Below are positions 55,768-64,000 of a DNA stretch of 64,000 nt, piece by piece. Below the pieces are notes generated by a model. The model made no database searches, was not told where the DNA came from, and was given only the letters and a program-made list of their open reading frames with translations. A program made the translations under genes and the position numbers. Numbering within the stretch: position 1 is the stretch's first letter; every line of letters begins with the position of its first letter. Source of the stretch: a phage; the NCBI GenBank assembly GCA_024672315.1, contig GCA_024672315.1_4714.1; one strand, given 5' to 3'.

Positions 55768-58700
55768 TTACTTGTAGGCACCGCAATGGGCTTTGATGAG
55801 GAAAAGCACCGCTTGCATCGGTTTATTGAACTGTTGCCATAACGTCAATGCCGGATGGAACAACCAATCTTCCAGGCCGAGAACAATACCGTAGTTAACG
55901 ACATTATTAACGTCGTTCTCAACGTTGAGTTCGCTGTCCAGGAATTTATCGATTGAACGCAGGGTCTGCATGGCATTGTCAGCAATAAGCCAAGCTTCAT
56001 GCGCTTCACGAGCCGCACGCAGCACTGCTTCCAGTTCGCTGATAGTGGCTACCGGTAATTCCTCACTGGTAAGGTCGTCAGATACCGTAAACTGGCGATT
56101 GATACCGGTGTAGATCCACTGCATCAGTTTCGCTGCTTCCTCGTTCGGGTTGTTACGCGTTGTCGCATAAGTCGCGCTCACCTTCACGATGTGTGTTTCA
56201 CCAAGATACGCCTTGGAACCAACACCTTTACGATCGCTGTCTTTCCACGGTTGTACGGTAGCGACCATGAGCTTATCCCATTTCTGAATAGGAATACGCT
56301 TCAGACCAACAACCGATCCGGCGGATGTTTCGGACTGGTTGCTCTTCCGCACGTCGCTGAGTTCACGATCGATAGCAACGATTAATTCACGCGTCATGTT
56401 ACCAAGCATTTTGATTTCACCCAACGCAGCGATGAGCTTCTTCACATCGGTAACAGGTTCACCACCGATGGTAAGATGACGGATGAAACGTTTCAGAATA
56501 ATCCGTTCTGCTGCTGGGTTACCGCGACGCGCTTTAGCCAATGCTTGCTGTGTTTCGGCGAACAGCTTATCCCATGGAGCCGTAGCGGCGGTATAGTAAC
56601 GGTGGTTGGTTTCAATCCAGTTACCGATACGGTTGACCGCGTTCTTAACGGTATCCATGAATCCTTCCATCGCAATTTCGGTAGCTTCGACGTTACCCTG
56701 GAAGTTATCAGGACCGATCTCACGTGCCGCGACCAGAATACCTTCCACCGCGCTCACCGCGTGGCGACCGATAGCTAGATTTCGCTGCGCTTCCTCAGCA
56801 CGCTCAACGAATTCCACCACAGCTGGATCGTCAACGATTTCCGCCTCGGCAATAGCACGTGTACCTGCATCGCCTTCCAGTGTTTCGATGGTGACAACAG
56901 GATCGTTTTCACCAGCAACATCCTGGTATTCTTCCTGTTTGAGATCGCCGTTATCAGCCGATGCGACAGCGGTGAGTATACGAACGGTAACATCGCCGAG
57001 TTCTTTTGAGGCAAACCCGTAAACAACGCATGCTGTTTTTGCGAAGTTCATCAGCGTGCGTGTGCGTTTAACGATGTAGCCGACATCGTAATCATTACCG
57101 CTCTTATCGATGTCACGGATTAACTGTTCAGCCGTTTCTTGAAGGATAGATACTGACTTCAAGAGATCGTCTTCAAACAGTTTCTTCGACACCTCAACCA
57201 ACATATCAGCATTGATGTTGGGTGGGGTTTTGTCGCCCTGCTGTTTCATCTCGCTTAATTCATCGCGGAACTTATTGATTCCATCTAAAGCGGCACTGGC
57301 GGTATGTCCGAACGCAGCCACGCCTGGCATTGTTGTTGCTGTCAGCATGTCCGCATCAGCGTTTGGACTTTCGCCTTCTTTAAGATCCTTCAGCTGGTCG
57401 AAGAACTTACGAGATGCTTCAGCGATACGTTTGCTGTCTTTAACTGCATTTACGATCTTATCGACGGATTTAGCGTCGTTTGCAAGCAGCGTATCGAGTT
57501 TGTTCCATTCGACATCGACTTTCGCTGCATCCTTAGTATCGCTTGGTGGAGGAAGCAGTTTTGTCACCGGGGTCGTGCGTTGTTCTTTGGTCAGCTTGTT
57601 GGCCTTCTCTTCGATTTTTTTCTTATTAACACCAAAGAGATTTTTCAAACGCGCCACGAGGGCTTTTAAGAACTTCGCGACCGCTTCGTAAACCGATTTC
57701 AGAATCTGTTTAAAGCGACCTGGCTGCTTTTCCCCGTCTTCCAGATTGAGATCGCTGTTCAGTGCGACATCAAGCTGTTTGTACGATTCCATGATGTATT
57801 CGTCTTTGATTTCAGGACGAATCTCGAAGCTTTCCATCGGACCTTCAGCCGGACGGAATTCCATTTTCAGTTCGCCTTGCAGGGTAGGGTCGACAATGGC
57901 GATAGCTTCACCCTGACCATCAGCGTTAAAGCGTTCAGCGTAACGAGTACGACGAACAATAACACTCTTATCCCCATCAAGACGACGTACCACCATGGTG
58001 CCAGGAATGTACGGTTGTTCTGTTTCAATGACGGTTACATCTGCCTCACCTTCACCGAGAATAACCGATGCGCGCTGTTCAACAACCGGAACATCTAATA
58101 CGCCACGGGCTTCCAGCTCTTGATGAATTTCGAACGACTCTTGTTTCAGATCTTCATCTTCTTCGTTTTCGTCGTCTTCATCATCGTCACCTTCGGTGTT
58201 TTCATCACCCTTGGTGGTTGTGTCGTCGGTGGCACCAGCGTCAGCGTCGGTGTTAGCAGGTTCTTCGGACGCAGGTTCGGTGGTGCTGTCCTCGGTGGGT
58301 GTTTCGTCAGTGTTATCGACATCAACATCACCTTGCAGTTCTGTTTCCTGAGCAACTGCTTCGGCTTTCTGCTCACCGGTATTACCGTCATTAGCGTCGA
58401 CAACAGGTTGTTCGTCAGCGACGGTATCTTCAACCTTTTCTACTTTCTCCACGACACGTTTAATCACGGTGACTTTGATGGGTTCTTCCGTTGTTTTGGT
58501 TTCTGGCGTCACCTCGGCTGCCGCAGCCGCTGTTTCAGCAACAGGTTCTGCTTTTTCCGGTTCGACGACATTACCTTTAACGCCTTCGGTGGTTTCTGCA
58601 GGTTGCGCTGCCTGTTCGATTTGCGCTGGATTGGTTGGATCGATGGCGTTAGCCGCATCCTGAATCTTGTTCTTCAGGTTGTCGCGGTCAGCGTTAACGG

Positions 58701-59154
58701 TCGGGTCGTTGGTCACTTTCGGTGCCGGTGTTTCGGTCGGTGCGTTTGCCGGATACGGGTTCTTCGGCTCTTCACCAGGTGCGGTCGGCACCGCGATCAG
58801 AACGAACGGTTGAACATCGTTACCATCTTCCATGGTCACGCCACCATTGCTCGGTGTGAAACGAATTCGCAAACTACCATCAATAGGACGGGTCACAATA
58901 ACAGCACGTACGACATCTTCACCGTTCTCATCCGTGCTACGAATCACACGAACGGCGTCATCAACAGTAGCCCCTTCCTCGAGCGTATCTGATTCGATCG
59001 TCGCTTCGATGCTGTCTGGCCGTGCCGCTGTAGGTAATGCGATCACTTGCTCTTCTTTATCAGTAGAAAGCGTTGCTTTGACTTCGATAGGTGTATCGCC
59101 GCTTTCCAGGTTAAGATGCGACTTACGCATCAGATCAGCTAACGATTTTTTCAT
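55768..59154 (-). CDS. very large virion-type protein with central acidic low-complexity segment
   Basis: 1128 aa; AGAGGA RBS; central D/E/T-rich stretch; no enzymatic motif recognised. Confidence 0.6.
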   Translation of the reverse strand: MKKSLADLMRKSHLNLESGDTPIEVKATLSTDKEEQVIALPTAARPDSIEATIESDTLEEGATVDDAVRVIRSTDENGEDVVRAVIVTRPIDGSLRIRFTPSNGGVTMEDGNDVQPFVLIAVPTAPGEEPKNPYPANAPTETPAPKVTNDPTVNADRDNLKNKIQDAANAIDPTNPAQIEQAAQPAETTEGVKGNVVEPEKAEPVAETAAAAAEVTPETKTTEEPIKVTVIKRVVEKVEKVEDTVADEQPVVDANDGNTGEQKAEAVAQETELQGDVDVDNTDETPTEDSTTEPASEEPANTDADAGATDDTTTKGDENTEGDDDEDDENEEDEDLKQESFEIHQELEARGVLDVPVVEQRASVILGEGEADVTVIETEQPYIPGTMVVRRLDGDKSVIVRRTRYAERFNADGQGEAIAIVDPTLQGELKMEFRPAEGPMESFEIRPEIKDEYIMESYKQLDVALNSDLNLEDGEKQPGRFKQILKSVYEAVAKFLKALVARLKNLFGVNKKKIEEKANKLTKEQRTTPVTKLLPPPSDTKDAAKVDVEWNKLDTLLANDAKSVDKIVNAVKDSKRIAEASRKFFDQLKDLKEGESPNADADMLTATTMPGVAAFGHTASAALDGINKFRDELSEMKQQGDKTPPNINADMLVEVSKKLFEDDLLKSVSILQETAEQLIRDIDKSGNDYDVGYIVKRTRTLMNFAKTACVVYGFASKELGDVTVRILTAVASADNGDLKQEEYQDVAGENDPVVTIETLEGDAGTRAIAEAEIVDDPAVVEFVERAEEAQRNLAIGRHAVSAVEGILVAAREIGPDNFQGNVEATEIAMEGFMDTVKNAVNRIGNWIETNHRYYTAATAPWDKLFAETQQALAKARRGNPAAERIILKRFIRHLTIGGEPVTDVKKLIAALGEIKMLGNMTRELIVAIDRELSDVRKSNQSETSAGSVVGLKRIPIQKWDKLMVATVQPWKDSDRKGVGSKAYLGETHIVKVSATYATTRNNPNEEAAKLMQWIYTGINRQFTVSDDLTSEELPVATISELEAVLRAAREAHEAWLIADNAMQTLRSIDKFLDSELNVENDVNNVVNYGIVLGLEDWLFHPALTLWQQFNKPMQAVLFLIKAHCGAYK

Positions 59155-59169
59155 AAAGCGTTATTCCTC

Positions 59170-60276
59170 TTAAAAGTAATATTTCAGCGCCTCGCGAGAG
59201 ACATCAAGCATAGCCGCTGTTGAATTCGTAAAGAACTCGGCATAGCCCACAAGCGGCACCTTGATCCACGCGGTATACGCTGTAAGGTATCGAGAAAGGG
59301 CTACCATAGCATCATCAGAAGCAGTAGTAACTGACAACTGACCTTGTTGACGATAAACGTCGTTAAGTTTTGCTTGTAGATTCCCTGCGATTTCGAGTAA
59401 CTCGTTGGCGTACTTTTTACGATGGTAACTAACCAGTAAATCAACACCCTTATTCACAGACTCGAGTAGCACACCAACTTGTTCTAATGATGGCATTGTA
59501 ACCACCATATCCCGTTCAACGGACGGTACATCCTGGACTTCAAACCGTGCGGATTGAATAGCAAGGGATTGTTGAATTGGACCAGAACCTGAGGTGGTAA
59601 CCTGATCGAGTCGTAGCGTACGGTTGCCCAGTAACGTTACGTTGACAAGTCTCGATTCGTTCAGCGTACCGTAGACTTTATGCAGTAACGTATACGCGTC
59701 ACGGTTAATCACATCGATTAATGCGGTATCCGTCTGTTTTAAGATAATGTCGAGCGCTCTATCTAACGTATTAGCGAACTGCTTGAAATCATCACGGAAC
59801 GACGAAGACAAGAGATATTCAGCGATTGCCAAATTCTGTTTGTATAACGTATTCCCAGTTGTGAAGTCGAATCCAAAACTGTTCCCATACCGTAGGTGCG
59901 GTGCCAGCGTTGACGAAGCTTCGAAGCTTTGCGCGATGGGTTTACGACCAACGGCTTTTGTGTAGTGACGGCGGATGTTGCTGAGTTCGAGCTGTAGTGC
60001 GCGACTACGATCGATAAACCGTGCGATAAACGCAGTAATGTTCCGCAACGTTGTCCAGATTGCATCGATGATAGCTTTGATGATTTTCATCGCAAGCTGA
60101 TCGTACGATTCCATCGTGAGGAGATCAGCACTTTCTGTGGTATAACTGGTTGCTGGAATACCGCCTGCTTGCTGATAAATAAGCTGGTGAATTTTTCGTT
60201 GCGTTGCTGTCTCTGGCACAGGTAATGTTTTTAACAAGCTTAACGCTTGAATCTGTCCATCATAGGTCTGCAGCAT
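59170..60276 (-). CDS. hypothetical virion-type protein
   Basis: Start placed at ATG 60276 with GAGGAA RBS (track start 60327 lies inside upstream gene). Confidence 0.5.
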   Translation of the reverse strand: MLQTYDGQIQALSLLKTLPVPETATQRKIHQLIYQQAGGIPATSYTTESADLLTMESYDQLAMKIIKAIIDAIWTTLRNITAFIARFIDRSRALQLELSNIRRHYTKAVGRKPIAQSFEASSTLAPHLRYGNSFGFDFTTGNTLYKQNLAIAEYLLSSSFRDDFKQFANTLDRALDIILKQTDTALIDVINRDAYTLLHKVYGTLNESRLVNVTLLGNRTLRLDQVTTSGSGPIQQSLAIQSARFEVQDVPSVERDMVVTMPSLEQVGVLLESVNKGVDLLVSYHRKKYANELLEIAGNLQAKLNDVYRQQGQLSVTTASDDAMVALSRYLTAYTAWIKVPLVGYAEFFTNSTAAMLDVSREALKYYF

Positions 60277-61561
60277 TGCTGGTTTCCTCAAGTTCGAGAT
60301 GCGCGTCAAGATAATCATTAAGACCATCGATGACGTCGCAGACAGTTAACAGGAATCGGGCAAAAGCAACCGCCTGGAAGCCGACGACGTTACGCGCGAT
60401 ACCCACGCGTTGAACGATAGCGGATGCTGCGGTATCGCTGTTATCCATCTGTTGTAGCAAACGCTCGTAAGGTTGAATCCATTCGTCCTGGTCGGCAAGG
60501 CTTGCTTCAAGACAACGTTTAAATTCCAACTGTCGTAGCGTAGACCATAACGTACTTAATGCGTTGATGATCGCGTTGGTTCCGTCGATAACATCGTTTA
60601 ACGGCAAGAAACGGAATCCGTCTTTTGCTGATTGGAAAGATACGGCTTCCCACACAACGCTGAACTGCGTTCCTGTTGCGTCTTCGATGTTGTGTAATTT
60701 AAGATAGGAAGCACCAACAGGTACGTCAACGACCAGATCGTCTGTTCCGGTAGGCGTTAACGGCTTCTCGCATAACGCATCGTTGATGACCTCGAGAATA
60801 TTCTCCCAACAGGCTTCGTTTTCTGCAGCGATACCTTCTTTGTTATCCACTGATGGTGCTTTTAGTAGCTGCATTAATAACGGATCGAGTTGACGATGCC
60901 ATGCTGCGAGGATTCCTGTGTTCGTTACGATGTTTTCTGCGGTTTGTCGTAAATCAGCAATACTGCTTACCGCGCCGCCTTTCGGATGAAGATATCGCCA
61001 GTTGTAGGGAAAGTTCTCCCAGAATGCATTATCTTCATCGACGTCGTATTCGGAAATAGTTTTCAGCGCAGCCGCTTTCTTTAATAACGGCTTCACCTGA
61101 CGAACGAATCGACGATAACAACGATTGCAGATATCGATCGCGTAACGGTATAACTCGTTCATGTAAAGCCATAACGCACGGGTTGCTTCTTTTGCGGTCT
61201 TGTCAAAACTTTCCATGTTCAAGCTCATCCCGCTGGAAGTTTCCTCTTCCAGACCCTCGATGATTTGGTTTGGGTCCATTCCCATTCCGGCTGCTGCGGT
61301 TGTTGCGATATGTTTGATCGTGCTGATATCGCGTTCTTCAACTTCAGCCATGTTTGGGACAATATCCAGCCGGAGTTTATTTAATGTTTGAAGGTGTTGT
61401 TCACCTTCTTTCATCGCCACGTTTGTTTCGTCGATTGAGTGAAACTGATTCTCAATATTACTGGCATCGAGAATATTGCCAGCGATACCGAACGATTCTA
61501 CAGGTTCATCATCAATCCCTTGAAACAACGATGTCATGGGTTGTTGTAACACGTTTTCCAT
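60260..61561 (-). CDS. head-internal-protein-like paralog with acidic N-terminal region
   Basis: 433 aa; AGGAG RBS; N-terminus and block IKHIATTAAAGMGMD parallel IRQIASTSAANLGMSD of 61710-62999. Confidence 0.55.
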   Translation of the reverse strand: MENVLQQPMTSLFQGIDDEPVESFGIAGNILDASNIENQFHSIDETNVAMKEGEQHLQTLNKLRLDIVPNMAEVEERDISTIKHIATTAAAGMGMDPNQIIEGLEEETSSGMSLNMESFDKTAKEATRALWLYMNELYRYAIDICNRCYRRFVRQVKPLLKKAAALKTISEYDVDEDNAFWENFPYNWRYLHPKGGAVSSIADLRQTAENIVTNTGILAAWHRQLDPLLMQLLKAPSVDNKEGIAAENEACWENILEVINDALCEKPLTPTGTDDLVVDVPVGASYLKLHNIEDATGTQFSVVWEAVSFQSAKDGFRFLPLNDVIDGTNAIINALSTLWSTLRQLEFKRCLEASLADQDEWIQPYERLLQQMDNSDTAASAIVQRVGIARNVVGFQAVAFARFLLTVCDVIDGLNDYLDAHLELEETSNAADL

Positions 61562-61667
61562 TTGGGACTCCTACGTAGGAAAATCTTGGCGGGTGATCAT
61601 GTCCGCCATTTACCTTCTGAACCGTTGATTCAGAAGTCAAAAGATAACCGGATACCAACGCCATAAA

Positions 61668-61700
61668 CCTTCCTCCAACCCAACAGGGAAGGAGGAAGGG
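61668..61700 (-). terminator. CCTCC-family hairpin H9 after gene 61710-62999
   Basis: Identical core to H3; shared upstream CATAAACC. Confidence 0.65.
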
Positions 61701-61709
61701 ATATAGTGG

Positions 61710-62999
61710 TTATGCTTTTTCGGTTACAGCATCGAAGTATTTCGCTGCAGCAAATACAGCATCTGCATATTGACGGTTAGCAACACGGAGGATCTTAGCT
61801 GCTAATACTGCACTCAAGCGTGCCATTTCAGAAATGGCGCTTATATAAGGGCGAACGGTTTCACGATCTGCTTCCGGTAGATTGTCGAGCATACCGTCCC
61901 ATTTAGTTTTAATTTTCATACCGTTTAGTTTAGCAGTACGTTCGACAGTACTTGTTAAACTTTCTGTCTGGCGAAAATACGCGGGGTCAACGACACGAAA
62001 CGCGTTAAGATACGAAGTCAGTGCGGCTTTCAATTCGTCGTCGTTATTGAAAATGTTCGCGTTTTCGATACTACCGGTCGCGGTTTCTTCAACTTCGATC
62101 TGAATATTCTTCACGAGCGCGCAGGCCTTAATGGTATCTTTCTCAGCCATAAGGGCGTCAAGACCTTTAACAACATATCGTTTCCCACCGCTTTCTGGTA
62201 GTTTGAGTCCTTTTAACGCAGGCTTGATGGCGTAAATATAATCGTCCAGAATATCGGCAAGTGTCGTCAAATCGGTTAGTTTATTAACTTTCTTGTTAAT
62301 GTCGTCAGTTTGGAGTAGTAAAAAAGCGGATGCTTGTGTGGATGCCGCTAACTGCTCGATATGTTTACGAACCTCCAACGCGTTAACCATTTTTGCGTTA
62401 GGGAACATGCTAATCATATTCCCGGTCGGTTTATTTATTTGTTTGAGGTGACGCTCGCCTTTATTTACAGCGGTTGCAACATCAGTAATTTTTTTATACG
62501 CTACCGCAAGGTTTTTGAAAAGCAGCTGAATCAGCTTACATAACTGTTCAGCCATGTTCGCAATGATTACCCAAACTGCGTATAACGCTTGTGCTGCGCG
62601 TTCTTTAAAGCCTTCCAGCACAATAGCTTGCCCTTCCACCAAACGATCGTCAGCTTGGAACATGTCTTCATCAGACATCCCCAGGTTTGCTGCTGACGTC
62701 GAAGCAATCTGACGGATAAGGGCGACGTCGCTCGCACGTGCTTCCGGGATCGTAGGCGCGATCATGTATGCGGTATCTTCCAGCGTTGCTGAGGTACGCA
62801 CTGCAATTTCAGCCAGTTCGCTAGATTCATCGATCGTCTCGTCGGTGCGTCGAATCACCAACTCAACTTCGTCCTCTTCGATTTCTGCGTTGGGATCATT
62901 TTGCTCCGCTGGAATTGTCGCAAGAAGATCTTCGGCGCTCAGCAAAGCGAGTTCGAATGCGTTTTTATTGACGTTATCAAAAAGAGAGATGCGGGCCAT
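61710..62999 (-). CDS. head-internal-protein-like paralog with acidic N-terminal region
   Basis: 429 aa; AAGGAA RBS; paralogous to 60260-61561; hairpin H9 10 nt after stop. Confidence 0.55.
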   Translation of the reverse strand: MARISLFDNVNKNAFELALLSAEDLLATIPAEQNDPNAEIEEDEVELVIRRTDETIDESSELAEIAVRTSATLEDTAYMIAPTIPEARASDVALIRQIASTSAANLGMSDEDMFQADDRLVEGQAIVLEGFKERAAQALYAVWVIIANMAEQLCKLIQLLFKNLAVAYKKITDVATAVNKGERHLKQINKPTGNMISMFPNAKMVNALEVRKHIEQLAASTQASAFLLLQTDDINKKVNKLTDLTTLADILDDYIYAIKPALKGLKLPESGGKRYVVKGLDALMAEKDTIKACALVKNIQIEVEETATGSIENANIFNNDDELKAALTSYLNAFRVVDPAYFRQTESLTSTVERTAKLNGMKIKTKWDGMLDNLPEADRETVRPYISAISEMARLSAVLAAKILRVANRQYADAVFAAAKYFDAVTEKA

Positions 63000-63008
63000 G
63001 TTAGTTCC

Positions 63009-64000
63009 TTAACCTTTGGTATAAGCTTTAACGAGAGTGTTGATAAATGAAGTCAGTGCGCGAAGATACTGGTAAGCGAATTGGTTTTCAATACGGTTCT
63101 CTTTACCGCAAAGCAGAATCGCGCGCTTAACGAGCTTAGGATAGATCTCGATGTACGGTTGGTAGCTCGCATCAAAATTCTGCTCGTTGAAGCGTTTCAT
63201 GGTGATTTCCTGGATGCGCTCCATGGTGCGAATTTTATTGCGAGAGAACATCTCAGAGAAAGCACGTCCGCGTTTTGTTACCATCAACAGATCTTTCGCG
63301 AACGTCAGTTGTCGAACGCTACGCAAATCGTCAGGTGTCGGCAGGACGTACGTTTCTGGATCGCTATCCCATTCAACATCTTCAACGACAATATCCAAGT
63401 CGAGGTAACGTTTAACCACATCGATGATATTGTCTTTTGACGCATCGAATTCTTTCAAGAAGACCGCACCGTTGATGTAGCGGATACGTTTTCCGGAAAC
63501 CGTTGGGGTGATAACGTCAGTACCTTCCACGGAACCGCGATTTTCCAGTGTCGATTTGACGGCGTGCAAGAAAGACAGATAATCAACGGGAAGTTTTTCG
63601 ACCTTATCTAAATGGAAGTCGATGATGTTTAATCCTAACCCATCAATAACCGAATGACCATCCGATTTAAGGAACATCTGATTGAAGGTATCGATGTTGC
63701 TTTTCAGTGCGTCTACACCACCAACGTTGTTACGGTTAGGGAAAAGCGTCCGCCATTCTGGTTTAAACACAACCTCTTTATTTTCCTCGTATTTGCCTTT
63801 AGGCATTTGTTCGAGGTCTGCAACGGCTTTCTGAAAATTGCGTGTCTCGTCGTAAACAAGACGGGTAAGCTTCTCGAAGGCTGCTGCCAAGGTCAGGGCA
63901 ATATCAACAATGATATCCCAGATCTTTTTCATGGCTTTTACAACGGTGTCCTTAAACCCTTCAACAACCAAAGCTTCTCCAACCTCAACACGATCGGTTG
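63009..64000 (-). CDS. hypothetical protein, 5' end beyond window
   Basis: Frame stays open to position 64000; track start at 63971 is only a TTG codon. Confidence 0.5.
   Translation of the reverse strand, partial: TDRVEVGEALVVEGFKDTVVKAMKKIWDIIVDIALTLAAAFEKLTRLVYDETRNFQKAVADLEQMPKGKYEENKEVVFKPEWRTLFPNRNNVGGVDALKSNIDTFNQMFLKSDGHSVIDGLGLNIIDFHLDKVEKLPVDYLSFLHAVKSTLENRGSVEGTDVITPTVSGKRIRYINGAVFLKEFDASKDNIIDVVKRYLDLDIVVEDVEWDSDPETYVLPTPDDLRSVRQLTFAKDLLMVTKRGRAFSEMFSRNKIRTMERIQEITMKRFNEQNFDASYQPYIEIYPKLVKRAILLCGKENRIENQFAYQYLRALTSFINTLVKAYTKG

Noticed and set aside
58120-58992. 290-aa plus-strand ORF and other plus ORFs at 56.4-59.2 kb
   Set aside because: Antisense to the 1128-aa gene across its low-complexity region; Phe/Cys/Arg-rich.
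1-64000. CRISPR array, integrase, transposase, IS element or prophage boundary
   Set aside because: No regularly spaced direct repeats with unique spacers, no recombinase motifs, no flanking bacterial genes.

Overview
This 64 kb window reads as a gene-dense segment of a large virulent tailed phage, probably a jumbo myovirus of an enterobacterial host (codon usage; GC judged by eye in the mid-40s %, not computed). There are no tRNA, rRNA, CRISPR, integrase or transposase signals. Most genes are on the minus strand, with single plus-strand genes at convergent junctions. Recognisable content: (1) a DNA metabolism operon at 4.1-9.9 kb with thymidylate kinase, a RuvC-like resolvase and an SbcC/Rad50-like ATPase with zinc hook; (2) a block of small early-like ORFs at 11-15 kb; (3) an 0.85 kb AT-rich ORF-free island at 14.9-15.8 kb; (4) a GH108 endolysin and a five-gene tail-fibre cluster at 17.7-26.3 kb with NPH-VTKAQVGLGNV repeats and a C-terminal S74 chaperone domain; (5) a family of five paralogous ~300-aa proteins; (6) a highly expressed 740-aa major virion protein, tentatively capsid; (7) a DnaB-like helicase; (8) a run of large virion-type proteins at 50-64 kb including paralogs with acidic N-termini. 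The most notable signals are non-coding: a 24-bp motif recurring upstream of minus-strand genes (candidate phage-specific promoter) and a family of near-identical CCTCC/GGAGG hairpins placed just after stop codons. Most proteins have no assignable function from sequence alone. Several ORF-track starts are TTG/GTG or lie inside the upstream gene and were moved to an ATG or GTG with a Shine-Dalgarno. All functional calls are from motif reading without database searches.
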